Shown: piece by piece, positions 1 through 12,073 of the stretch
Numbering within the stretch: position 1 is the stretch's first letter
How the letters are laid out: each line of letters opens with the position of its first letter
Source of the DNA: Amphiscolops sp. MND2022
Lineage: Eukaryota
Direction: 5' to 3'
Length of the DNA stretch: 64,000 bases
Assembly (NCBI GenBank): GCA_964187785.1
Contig: OZ076409.1
Coordinates: 60,762,001-60,826,000 of the forward strand
The notes under the pieces: model-generated
What the model was told of the DNA's origin: nothing
What the model saw: the letters and a program-made list of their open reading frames with translations, nothing else
The model's database searches: none
Program-made: the position numbers and the translations under genes

Positions 1-28
1 ATGAGATAAAACGCGACTATTTAGGTGA

Positions 29-515
29 TTTTTAGTCGGCGCTTTTATTAATAAAAGAGCCCGACTATTACAGTCACTCGTTTTTTTTTTAAGAGTCTCG
101 AAGCGACGAACGTTAAAATTAACGTTCACCTACTAAAAGTACTAAACTTCTGGACCGCTAAAGGCAAACACGGAGAGCGCATTCATTTACTTTTTCAACG
201 CTACATACAAGCCCGGACGGGACTAAAGTTTCGTACAACCCCCCCCCCCCTTTCGATTTTTTTCGGCGCTGTGAGATTTTTTTTCGAATTTTTTTTAATG
301 TCCCCAAAGGGTCCCCCCTTTGAGTTTTTTGTTATTTTGCTACAGAATGCGTGTTTATAAATCGAAAAGGGTCCCCCCTTTTACATTTTTCGGCACTGTG
401 CGACATTTTCCGAAAGAATTTTTTTTTCGAAAATTTCAAAGTTTTTTTCCAAAAAAATGTTTTGCGCTTTTTGAGCCTTAGATATAGCGCCGACTTGAGG
501 CGTTCTCGTCTTGTT
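29..515 (+). mobile_element. Non-autonomous Helentron/Helitron2-type element (HINE family 1), full copy
   Basis: Starts TTTTT-AGTCGGCGC folding back on GCCCGACT; central AAAGGGTCCCCC/TTTTCGGCACTGTG tandem units; ends GCGCCGACT (3' subTIR) + short hairpin + CTTGTT. Inserted in the T-run of another copy's 5' end (1-33). Confidence 0.75.
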
Positions 516-795
516 CGTAGTTGTTTCGCCTTTTAATTGGTTTTCAATCGGGTCGTAGGGACATTTGAAATTTTTCAAAATGCCAAATATATTCAAAGGG
601 TTCTCCTTTTCATTTTTTTTATTTCTGCGATAGAACTTCGCAACTTTTTTCAGTCAACTTTTCGTACGCGACTCAAACACCTACTGAAAAATTCAGATAT
701 TTTGTCCGGCAGTGAGTATAAGCGTGAGATTTAAATTTCTCAAGCTGCCAACGACAATGCGTTTCTCGTGCGATGAAACGAGCGAGTGGTAATTA

Positions 796-1087
796 TTGCA
801 CATGACGAAGTCAATGTGCATTGCAGTCCAGCTAAGAAAGTTTTTTTTCCACAATAGCCAACTTCATAATAAGCGCCTTTTAGAGAAAAGCCAAAACCCC
901 ATAGAGATTCGAACCTGCAGCCTCCCGATTGCGCGGCATAAGTGTTAACCACTGTGCCACAAGGACGTTATTAAATAAAGTTGAACTGTTGAATATATAC
1001 GCATGCGATTAAAATAATATATATACGCATATTAAAATAATTGTTGTCTTCGTCATGTGTTGCGAAGCACCGCTTCGCCTCTGTGTT
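796..1087 (+). mobile_element. Second HINE-like family (family 2), about 290 bp, containing a tRNA-like cassette
   Basis: subTIRs GCACATGACGAAG (798-810) / CTTCGTCATGTGT (1048-1060); 5' hairpin TGCACATGAC-GAA-GTCAATGTGCA; 3' hairpin GCGAAGC-ACC-GCTTCGC then CTCTGTGTT. The 5' end recurs at 44613-44665 and a related 3' end at 34402-34443. Confidence 0.65.
897..966 (-). repeat. tRNA-derived Pol III head (SINE-like / tRNA pseudogene)
   Basis: Minus strand has A box TGGCACAGTGG and B box GGTTCGAATC at tRNA spacing; acceptor and anticodon stems pair poorly. Confidence 0.65.
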
Positions 1088-2599
1088 AACATATTGAATC
1101 GGATAAAAAGCAATTTGTTGGTTTATTTTTGGCACTGTGCGATTTTATTTCGAAATTTTTATTTTACAAAAGGGTCCTCCTTTTGATTTTAAATGTTTTT
1201 AGAAGAAAAGCTTCTTCAAAGCCCAATGTGCCATTTTGAGTTTTTGTCAGCGCTGCGATCGATTTGAATGTTTCAAAATTTCAGCCTTATGTTTTTTGGC
1301 ATTTCCACTTCAATGGTTTTATGATCTAGTTTTTTTTCGGCACTGTCAGAAAGTTTTTTTAGCATTTTGAAATGGGCTTTTTATGCTTTATTTACTCGCG
1401 TTCTTATTATTCTCTAGTAATTATAATGTACTTCCAGTAAAGAGACTCTAATAAATCAGGTGATTTGACTTGATCTCTGAACAAATTGACTTGTTGATCT
1501 CTTGAATTTTTCAGAACGGTAGTTTGCCTCAGACGTCTAACCATTTCAGTAATGTCGAAAGTTGCTAAATTTGACAAAAGCAGCATTTTTCGGCATTTGC
1601 AGGTGTCCCCTGGTTGGTTCATATGCATTGTCTTTTTAATGAACTGAGCATTCAAGTCGGACATAGTATTAGGATGTTAATTGGTATATACCTCGATTAA
1701 TGTGAATGTAATTATAGTTTTTATATACCTGTAGTACACTATGGGAATGCGTTGAAAAGTATTGCTGGGGTTTTGTTATGTCCCGTGGTGTTGTATAATT
1801 GTGGGGCTACTTTGATAGTCTAATATATTCTTGGCTGCAAGTATAATGAGCGGCTGATGGAAGCATTTGCCTTTTAAATTAAATTATGCTGCTCTTGGTC
1901 TTGCTTCGTTTCTATCATTAACTGTTTTATCATTAAAATATTCTAATGCTACTGCTGCTGCTGTTTCTATCTCATCTCTCCATCTCTTAACGGCTGTTTC
2001 TCCTCATCACTTCACCATCTTCCGGTAATAAGTCCCAGATAGCAGGCCAGCTGAAGAAGAACCCCACATTCGAAAGCTATTCTTCTTGATTTTTTTACTC
2101 GTGAGTTTTTCGTATTCATTTCGTTACACTTCATCATTCATTTTTAAGTGCCACATACTTACAACTACTTATAAAATCGACTACTGCTTCTTTAAATGGC
2201 GCCTGTAAATGTTAGTCAATTCTGGTTATAAAGAACCGACGCGTGCAGAATTTTTAATTCACTTACCGAAATTCGTTATAACCGAAATAGACAAAGATGT
2301 GTCACATATTACATCGAAAGACCGATTTCTATTGGATAACACATGGTTTCAAATTGACATAGACTTAGTAAGTGTTTATTTCAATGCGAGCTTTCAAAAA
2401 TTAGCATTCAATGACTGTGAACAATTGGAAGTTCAACTTCGTTATAATTGTCCCTCGTTTGTTATAAGCTGACTGCGCTAGTTCATCCTAAATATTTCAT
2501 TACAACCAATATTTCAGGTGATTTGGGTCGATTTCTGCGTTGAAACGTTTTTTTTTTGGTTTTTGGTACTGTGACCTTTTTTCGATTTTTTTTCAATAA

Positions 2600-2900
2600 A
2601 TCTGCGTGAGATGAAATGTTATAGACATCGGCCACGCCGGTTTTTTTCCAGACTTCTCGTCTCGTTTGTGTCACCAATTCTCGTAGCAGCTAGGCTGCGC
2701 GTTTGAGATGGAGTGAACGAGCATTAATTATTCGTACGCCGAGTCACGCTTCGCCTGCAGTCAAATACGAATACGAAAATTCATTTGCACATTGTTGTAT
2801 TGTCTTTTGTTCAGGTAACACAGCTTATAGTTCGAGATGAATCAAAGGCGGTGTAGACAGTTACTATTTATGCGCTATATAATGAATAAACAGGGGTTTA
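2600..2900. repeat. Unclassified interspersed repeat shared with about 690-795 and 55790-56140
   Basis: Shared blocks by eye: GCGTGAGA..AAAT, TTGAGATG.AG.GAACGAG, TTATTCGT.CGCCGAG, AAGGCGGT.TA and AATGA.TAAACAGG. Confidence 0.6.
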
Positions 2901-3049
2901 TAGTTTTTTCGAGAATGTTTTGAACTTGGAAGTCAACGGTGATTGCAGCTTAAAACTGAGCCCCGCAGTGACCTACTATCACCAAAAGGTACAAACATTG
3001 ATCTTTTGATTTTTGAGGTTTTTCGGGAGGAAAAAGTGTTTTAACCGAC

Positions 3050-3489
3050 ATATTGTTTCAAAAAGAATCAGGAAACTCGCTTAGTATCGAAAAATTTCAA
3101 AGATACTCTTTGGCCTTTGCAAGCATTAATAAAAACATTTTGAAGAATGTCTAACGGTGCCAAAAAACGCAAAAGAGGGGACCCTTTGGACTTTATCATC
3201 AAGTTTGTTGCCGAAAATCAAAATAACCAGAGAGGGGACATCAAGAAATTTTGGGAAGTCTCAATGCCGAAAAAACCTTAGGTTGTTCAGTAACGACAAA
3301 AGCTTCAAATAATATGGTATCCAAAGGTGGTACCCTTTGAAACACCACAGATTGCTTGCTAGTAAGGTAGGAAGGCCTAGGGAAATTCCTTAAAAAGTGG
3401 ACCTTTCAGTTTGAGACCTGTGGTCTTGAGAAAAAGTCACTGTAAGAGTCAGGCATTTTTTGTTAACACAAAACGTGCCGACTAAAAAA
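3050..3489 (-). mobile_element. HINE family 1, degenerate copy
   Basis: GGGGACCCTTT core units and terminal AGTCAGGC...GTGCCGACTAAAAAA hairpin; left boundary approximate. Confidence 0.55.
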
Positions 3490-3654
3490 CACCTATATAC
3501 GCTTTATTGACGCTATTCTCGAAAGCATGTGAAATACTTTTGTTTGAGTTGCCGCTTTTGGAACTCGGCATGAACTTTTCTTACCTGTAAACTTTTCTCT
3601 GCTGAAAGTAATTCGATACTTTTTCGTCTAAAAATTGATGCTGGAAGGAGTCTG

Positions 3655-4535
3655 TTTTTCAGTCGGCGGTTTTTGACTAAAAGTGCCCGACTCATACAGC
3701 GGCTAGTTTTTGTCTGACCACAGACCTCGCCCTGTTTCTACCACTTTTTTGCCAAAACTTTTTTGTGTATATGCAAAACCGGACGAGACTAAATGGTCCC
3801 CTTTTAATTTTCTTCGGCTTTGTGACGCTTTTTTCGAAAATGTTCCAATGTCTTTAAAGGGCCTCTTCAATTTTTTTTCGATATTTTGCAACAAACTGGC
3901 AATACTAACCGCCCTAAGGATCCTTCTTAACAATTTTCGGCATTGTGAAATTTTTCAGAAGAATATTTCTTGTCTTAAATTTTCTCAGTGGCCCAGGACG
4001 CTATATCCAATCTTACGACGTTATATCCGAAGTAAATTGAGTTTTATTAAAGAGGTTGAAGTTTGATAATATTGCGGTATATCAGAATTTTTGATGTTAT
4101 ATCCGAAGTATATAGTTATTTACTAAGGAGTAAGCGGGTGTTCGAAGAAATTACGCTATATACGAATTATGCAAAAGACCTACAGCTTTCTTCGCCACTG
4201 TACGACTTTTTTTCGAAACAGATCTCTGTAAAATGGTACCCCTTGGCTTTTTAAAACGTTTTTGGCTTGGAAAAAGTGTTTTGCGAATTTAAAGAGCCTC
4301 GTTTTGGGTTTTTCGGCACATACGTTTTCGAAAAGAGAAAAATCATCATTTTTCTCCAAAAAATGGTTTCTAGTTGGGGAAAAAGTCGATTTCGAGGCTT
4401 ATGCATATCGCTTCGGGTATTTTTCGGCACTTTAAAATTGATAAAACTTTAACAATAGTATCCTTTTGCATATTAAAAAACTTCACCCTCTTGAACCTTG
4501 AGCGGGGCGTCGAATTGGGCTGTTCCATACTTGTT
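3655..4535 (+). mobile_element. HINE family 1, diverged copy
   Basis: 5' TTTTTCAGTCGGCG...GCCCGACT; degenerate 3' end GGCGTCGAATTGGGCTGTTCCATACTTGTT. Confidence 0.65.
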
Positions 4536-4598
4536 ACTCTTTGCTTTATGAATTAAAACGTGTAATACAGTGACTTTTCGTCGTTTTTTCCATTGCGG

Positions 4599-5303
4599 TT
4601 TTCAGTCGGCGCTTCATGAAGTGAAACGCGACTATTATAGTGACTTTTTTTCAATCCACACGAACTGACCAAAATAGTTCTTAAAATTTCTACAAAATAT
4701 TATTGCAGCAAATTGCACCATTTGGCCTAGCGAACTGAACCAAAAAGGCTTTTCCTGTTTTCCTGCGTAACATACCATACCGGGCGAGACCAAAATGTCT
4801 CTTTCAATTTTTTCGGCACTGCGAGACTTTTTTTCCGAAAATAAAAATTTTCCCCCTTCAATTTGTTGATGTTTTGCGACAGAATGGATGTTGAAAAACC
4901 CCAAAGGGTCCCCCCTTTCAGTTTTTCGGCATTGTGAGACTCTTTGCTAAAAAATTTTCTCTCCAAAGGGTCCCCCTTCAATTTCTTTGATATTTTACAA
5001 CAGATTGGGTGTTTAAAAATCCCGAAGGGTCCCCCTTTCAGTTTTTCGGCATTGTGAGACTTTTTTTTCGAAAATTTGTTTTCTCCAAAGGGTCCCCCTT
5101 CAACTGCGACAAAAATGTTGACAATTTTGGAAGTGTCCCCCTTTTAGCGCGTCAGGGGCTCGCGCTAGCGGGCCCCGGCGCGCCACTCGGTCCATTTTGT
5201 TTGGTTTTTCGATTTTCGAGTACTGTAAATTGACACTTGGAAGCCCTTTTGCTATTTTTGAGCCTTGTATATGGCCCCGACTTGGGCCGGTCCCTGCTTG
5301 TTT
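4599..5303 (+). mobile_element. HINE family 1 copy carrying a GC-rich internal hairpin
   Basis: 5' AGTCGGCGCTTCATGAAGTGAAACGCGACT; tandem core units; 3' CCGACTTGGGCCGGTCCCTGCTTGTTT; close inverted relative at 54188-54870. Confidence 0.75.
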
Positions 5304-8300
5304 CAAGCAATATGTGGGTTCATTTTAGGCACTGTGCGACTTTCGGAAGAGGGTCCCCTCTTGTTTTTCGATGTTTTCGATTGAAAAAAAAATCGTTTCG
5401 GCACTGTACATTTTGTTCTGAAACTCTTGAATTCCATCTATGTGTTTTTATGACCATTTCAACGAAAAAAGCCTAATAAACGGCAGGGTTTGTTTTTCGG
5501 AACTGTGAGACTTCTCAGAATTTCCATGAAAGCAGCCATTTAGAACAAAGCTTTTTTCAAGCCCTAAGAAACTCCCTTCTTGCACACTCCGATTTAAATT
5601 TTTTGCAAAAACAGTTCAGTTAAGCTTTGAATTACTTTGCGCTGCGCATTTCGAACCTTAAGCGGGTGCGACTTATTGCCCTAAACGCACCGACGTGCCA
5701 ATATTAGTCCAGCGGTTGGTTTTGACAGAGGCCGAACTGAAGGGGTGTGCATGCCACATTTTTTGCAATCGGTTTTACTTTTCAAATTATAATTCTTCGG
5801 ATGTCTTTTTTTGGCCTTTAATTCCGATAAATAGTCTCGGGAGTTATTTTCTCAAACTTTTCGCAGACAATGTTCACAGATCTTGAATAATTTTTCAGCA
5901 ATTCCATGTTTATTTTCATATTCGCTATGAATAGTTCTTACTTTTATGTCCAGTATTTACTTTTTTCGAGAACAAAAGATATTTCATATTTGTGACCTCT
6001 TGTGTTTTCCTTCGGTCAAATTTGTGTCTTGTAATTAATTATTTTTTGTGCATTTTCAGCGTTCTAACATCGACATTTGTCGTATAATTTTTTTGATTCG
6101 TCGACTTCAAGCAGTATAATTTTTTTATTAGTCAACTACAAGCTATGGTTTTTAGCGTTGACCAGTGAGCAAATTCATACAGATTGGACGGTCATTTGAA
6201 AAAAATCGAGTTTTTGTTTTCAGTTCAAAGATGATGAAATTCATGCATGATTAAATTCATACATGGGTTCAACTGGAACATGTTTTCTCGACGTTGATTG
6301 TAAGCATTTTGACGACGGTAATCAGCACAGCATTAAAGTGTTCGCATTAGAATTTTGAGCAATATTAATAGCAGTTTTTCTAAGAGGCAGAAGTAAACCC
6401 TAAACCGAAACATTGACCAACCAAAATGTTTTCCTAATCCTTCACTGAGCCAAAAAATGCTCTCTGAAGCCAAAGAACTGGAAAAAAAATCAATTTTCGG
6501 GATCTTTTCTAATGAACTTCATAATTTCAAAGAAGCTCTTTTATAAAGTGCTTTTTTGTTTAAGTATCCATGAAATCTTTACAAATGTTTCAAATCTTGT
6601 ACAAAAGTTCGAAATGTGAATTTTGTTCATTTTTCCTTATTTACACGTTACGAACCTAAATTTTAGTTTAATTTCTGTTGCATGAACTTTACCAGTTGAC
6701 TTCAAAATTAGACGATGGCAAATTTTGGGGATAAAGCCGACTGAGAAACATTTCCTTTTCGTTATGAGCGGGCTTATTAAGCTGAATTTTTAGTACTTCG
6801 ATTTTCCACTTTTTTTAAAAAAGTTTTTCCATCTTAGTGAAAGTTTTTTTAAGATTCGTATTCCACTATAAGCAGAGCCTAAAATGTAGCCAAGTTTTTC
6901 AAGAAAAATGACGAAAATCTGAAAGTTTTATTGAATGTTTTCGTGGCGTGTTGTGTTCAAACAACTCACGTGTTAATTTGGGCATCATACCTAGATTTAA
7001 GGGTTTGACATCTAAAGGCTAATCAGCGCTCAAATTTTCGGAATCGATTTAACTGAATTTATCTTCATTGAATCAAAAATTTTAGTTTTGAAACAAAGCA
7101 GTATAAAGGTAACATTAGTGACTTTGCATAGCAATTTTATGGTTTATTCTAATGGCAACCAAAAATACCTAATATAAATTCTTTTATAAACTTTTATATA
7201 ATCTCTTATATAAACTTTTATACTGTTAACCCAAAGAGGCGGTCGTCTATTTTTTCGACCTTTCAGATATGCTTGATGTTTGCCTTTTTATTCAGCGGTG
7301 TGCCAACTTGGGCCATTCCCGGTTTATTTGCTTTTTCTATAAATTGGTTCAGTTTTCATGATTCCTCAGAAAAACGAGTAAGGTACAACAGCGGCGAATC
7401 AGAATCATGTACAATGCAAATTTATGATTGGTTTCTTATTTGATAGAAAAGATGCATTTCAGCACCTTAATTCAGCAAAAATATATGTTGATACAGGCTT
7501 TTGGTACCGTAAAACATTGAAGATAGCAAAACGTGGTGAGAGCTAGAATATTACTTTTGGATGGCCAAAAAGTATTGTAATTGTTTCAAAGATTAGTTTC
7601 ATCTAGCACTGCACATCGAATATCAACATTTGGTTCAAGAAAACCTTGAAACTGCCGAATAAGAATGTGTTGAACCAACCAATAAGCCTTTCCACCGTGT
7701 CATTTCAGCGGTAAAAAGTAGCATAGTTCGGAGACATTTTGCCGCTCAATCTTTGTCCAAGGTGTGCATGGAATGTGCTAATTGAATGTTTCGGAACAAA
7801 GTTTGCTTCGCAATGAGTAATCTGGTTGATTAATCACCTGTTTTGAATGTCAGTTCACTTCATCGAAAATAAGTACAGGAACTTTTAATTGCTCGAAGAG
7901 TTCAAGCTGATGTCTTAGATTCAAATATTTATGTCTCCACGCTATCTAGAAACAGTAGCTCCTACTCGATGGATGAGTCATCGGTCATTTGTAGAAGTAT
8001 TGGGAATTCACTGATTGATTCGAATTGTCATCCACGGTTAAACTTCAAATCCATGACGTTCCCATTCATGCGCAGCGTGATGACGTGATAAGTTAAACGT
8101 TAGCATTCCGACATACTGATGACAGGGCTTTGATAAATTGTTAGTCGATTTTCCTGTCGGTTCTAGGCTCGCATGCATCATGGTTTAATTTCGGTATTGG
8201 GTATGTTTCAAAAGTTTTTACGACCGCAAAGATTTTTTCGGCGAAGTAATAGATATCGCCCTGTCTTCAACATCAAAAAATACTGAAAGTTTCCTGTTGA

Positions 8301-9644
8301 AAAGTTTTTTTTGAATTCTCTGTCTTTCAACCAAGGTTTTTCTGAGAGATGATTATGCTTTAAATCCGTTGATGGAGCCAATTTTTCCGTTTCGTTGCTA
8401 TTGTCGTGAAACATTAATCCGAACGAAAGTGGTAATAAATGCAAAATTTTGACACTTGCCATTTTTGTCAACACTGATATTTTTGTTTTTTTTTTCCGCT
8501 AGCTTTTAGAAGATAACAGCCTTCAGATTGATTCAAGTTGAGCCAATTTTGAAAATTTTGTTTTATTTTTGATAAATGCTTGATCGAAAGTAGCTATAAT
8601 TGTCACATTTACGATTTTGAACATTGTTATCTTACTAATTGCTTCGCTCAATTCCTTTCGAATAAAGCTCAATCGAAAGCATATAATGTGCAGATTGAAC
8701 CAAGTGAACATGTTCTGCGATTTTTTAGTTTATTTTTGAGTTTCTTGTTGAATTCCTCAGAAACCGCTGACGTTCTAGTGAAATTAGATGTTTTAAGAAA
8801 GAAAACGTTCCGTTAAAAGCTTCCTTCTGCGCCAACAAACCTTTGGCCAGCCATCTATCCTTTGCCTGGCGGTAAAAACGCGAAAATATAATGGCTTTTT
8901 GTCTTGTGATCCTTTCGAAGTGATCATAAAAGTTCTACAAAATGCCAAGATCATTCAGACGGTCCTCCTTTTTGTTTTTAGCATACTTATTCGTATTTCA
9001 AGCCATTTATGGGTTTATTTTATGAACTCCACTACTTTTTTTGAAGTTTTGAAATTTCATGAAGGGGTCCCGCTATGATAATAATATTTTATAAAGAGAT
9101 TTTTTGGCACTGTGCAACTTTTTGCGAGTTTTAAATTTCACATAAGTTTCCTCTTGGTTTTTTGATGTTTTTAGCTAGAAAAAAGTGCTCAAAGGGTGTC
9201 CTTCGGATTTTTTCGGCACTGTGCGACTTCGGAATTCTCGTGAAAACAGTCATTCAGCATTTTTGAAAATTGAAAAAAAGTTTCACAAAAAAACCTTTGA
9301 ATAAAGTTTGAATCAAGTCCAGTTTTGCTTAATGATTTATTGGATTTTTCCTGGATGGAAAACAGGAAAAAATAACATGTAACCCATCCTTGTTCTGTTT
9401 CACGATTTCGTTCATCTTTGCAATTCCACTGAGTTTCCGGTATAAGTTTCATTCGAATGTTCATCACAGCCAGTGAAGCTATTTTTCGAAATTTTGATTT
9501 TTTTGAGAAATAGAAATATCAATAAATTTTATCATTCATCACTGATTGCCATGACTGAATGATTTAGCGATTTAATTGGCAGCGTTATATATTAACAGCA
9601 ACCATTTGCTGAAATACTTGTAAAAATCTGTTTGCTTATATCCC

Positions 9645-10077
9645 AAACAAGACGAGAACGTCTAAAGTCGGCGCTATATCTAAGGCTCAAAAAAGCGCTA
9701 AGTTTTTAAACTTGTAAAAGGGGGACCCTTTGGGCTTTTTGAAACTTCAGTTTGCTGCAAAATATCAAAAAACTTGAAGGGGGGACCGTTTGGCGACAAA
9801 AGAAAATTCGAAAAAAAGTCGCACAGTGCCGAAAAAAAATCAAAGGGGGGACCCTGTAGTCCCGTCCGGTTTTGTATCTTACGTTAAAAATTGATTACAC
9901 GAAAGGGGGGACCCTTTGCAGTAACTCAGATGTGATTCCGCTTGCCGGTTCAGTACTTTTAGTAGTTCTGTAAAAAGTGTCCACTACGCATACATTCTGT
10001 GGTCTGACGAAAAAAAAAAAAAAACTTGCCACTGTAATAGTCGGGCTCATTTTCTTCTAAAATGCGCCGACTAAAAA
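9645..10077 (-). mobile_element. HINE family 1, full copy
   Basis: AAACAAGACGAGAACGTCTAAAGTCGGCGC at left and AGTCGGGC...GCGCCGACTAAAAA at right. Confidence 0.75.
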
Positions 10078-12000
10078 TGTCACATTTTCCAGGATACTTG
10101 CTCAATTTTATTTAGAGTTGGGAAGATTGGAATTTTCAGTATCGACTTTTACCCGGTAATTTTGACTTGAAATAATTTTTAACAAGAAACATTGATTTTG
10201 TTCCTAGCTCGATATCCCAATTCTCACTTGGATGAATCGGAGGCGCCTTTGCTGCGCGGAGTCTTTGTAGAAAATGAGTTGAAATTTGAATTGAGTGAGC
10301 TTTAATTACAGTTTTTGCCACTATAAATGCTGAAGTGTAAGGAAATGCCTTTCTCATATTTAATTTATGCGCGTTGATATACGATCTAAAGAAGTTTTTT
10401 GGTTTGAATCGATGGCAGCTGTGATACTTGACGCCAATGGTATTAATTCACAAGTAGTTTTATACTCTCAATCTCAATTTTGTTCCCTTCGCCTCATGTC
10501 GTTGCCTCTGCCTAAAAAGTGCGGCAGCTCATTTGGCTTGGGGTAAAATCGAAATGTAAAATCTCAATGCGAGTGTGCTGTCAATATATAGCTGCCCAAT
10601 TTGCAGCAGAAAGATTTCTTTTGCTAGGGCAGGAAATAACGCTAATTAGAAATTAGGAGAATCGAATCAGGAAATGTGTAACAAAACCAAATTGACTTAT
10701 GGTAAAATACTTATGATTGAGGTAAAATACTTAAATGCCGCTCAAAAGTAAACCAAACATTGTTTTTCATTGTTTCAATTGTTTTTCCGAACGTTTCTGA
10801 TTTTGTTGTGAGCCCAATACCCATTGCTTAGAAAAAATTGTAAGGCTTCGAAACTCGTCTTCAAGCCTATTTTTTCCTTTTTCTGAGTTTGCATGGAAAA
10901 TTTTATAGACACAGCTTGCAAAAAAGTGAAATTAATTGTTCGTTTATGGCGTTATCTGTTTCTAACGTTTCTGATCACTTGCTCCATATGAAGGTTAAAT
11001 GAAACTTTACATTTTGCATACCTAGATTGACTGATCGAACTTTATTCTCACTATGGATTTGTATTCGAATTTCTTTCTGGTCTTGAAAGTTTACTCAGTT
11101 GACATGAAATTGGCGTATCGTAAAGTCTATTTGAAATTGAAATTTCAATGGATACAAATTTAACGAAGTACAGGTGTTCAGAGATTGAGGTGACAAAAGT
11201 CATATTTTTTGTCAAATGGAAAGTTCTGAAACTTTGCAGAGATACTGATACAAGAAGGATATTTTAGATAATCTGCACATCAAGAGTCTACAGCTTGAGT
11301 GAATGTTGAAAATACTGCCATTTGAGATAAACAAAATCTAGCTCGTTTTAGCAAATTCTTCACAGCTTTTCACATCAATAATCGCGATTTGGATTGCAAA
11401 GTTGTTAACGCTTTTCATACGGTCAGGTCATTGATATATGTGTGAGTTCGCAATACTTTTCCACTGGTTGCAAATTTTGCTCGGTAACTGAGTTTTTCGT
11501 TGGTGTTTTTTTCATTACCCCGTTTTTTAGGATTTTTTAAATTGATAAAATCTTGACATTTGAATTGTTTGTTTACGAAAGTCTCTCAGAAACTATCTTT
11601 TTTGTCGGTGATTTCAACTTCGCAAAAAATAGAATAAAATGCTTTTAATTGTCGCTGAATTACATAGCGTTAAGTTTTATGGCTGAAAAGTGACCGTTCA
11701 ACGCAGAAATTTGTATGAGAATTTTGTTTTTTGAAGCTTGCGATCTCCTCAGAGACTAAAAGACTTGAAAAAATTATGGGAAGTTGCTTAATCATGTTAG
11801 TGTGAAGAAGACAAATAAAGGGTCTTACAACGTGTATTTATGCTCCTATTTCGTTCATTTAAAACAGATGGAAGGCAGCTCCCGTGTTGTAAGGCGTCGA
11901 ATAGCGAGAGCCAAGTACAGCATCAAAAAGTTTACACTGCACAACAGTATACATTATTATGGCGAAGGTGACGTACTGCCTGTGAAAGCAGAAAAATTCA

Positions 12001-12073
12001 GGCCCCAGCGCGGGTTTGAACCCATCACCTACAGAGTGGCAGGGGGACGCCCAACCAACTGGGCCACCGTGAC
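12001..12073 (-). repeat. tRNA-derived Pol III head (SINE-like)
   Basis: Minus strand GTCACGG-TGGCCCAGTTGG (A box) ... GGTTCAAACCC (B box), then GGGGCCTGAATTTTT; start and end resemble 40066-40145. Confidence 0.65.

Noticed and set aside
4800..5100. Regularly spaced AAAGGGTCCCCCTTTCA repeats resembling a CRISPR array
   Set aside because: The intervening sequences are themselves repeated, the array is internal to a eukaryotic transposon family, and there are no cas genes.
7974..8090. Cluster of AP-1/CRE-like motifs (TGAGTCA, TGACGT x2)
   Set aside because: Short motifs expected by chance, with no independent support.
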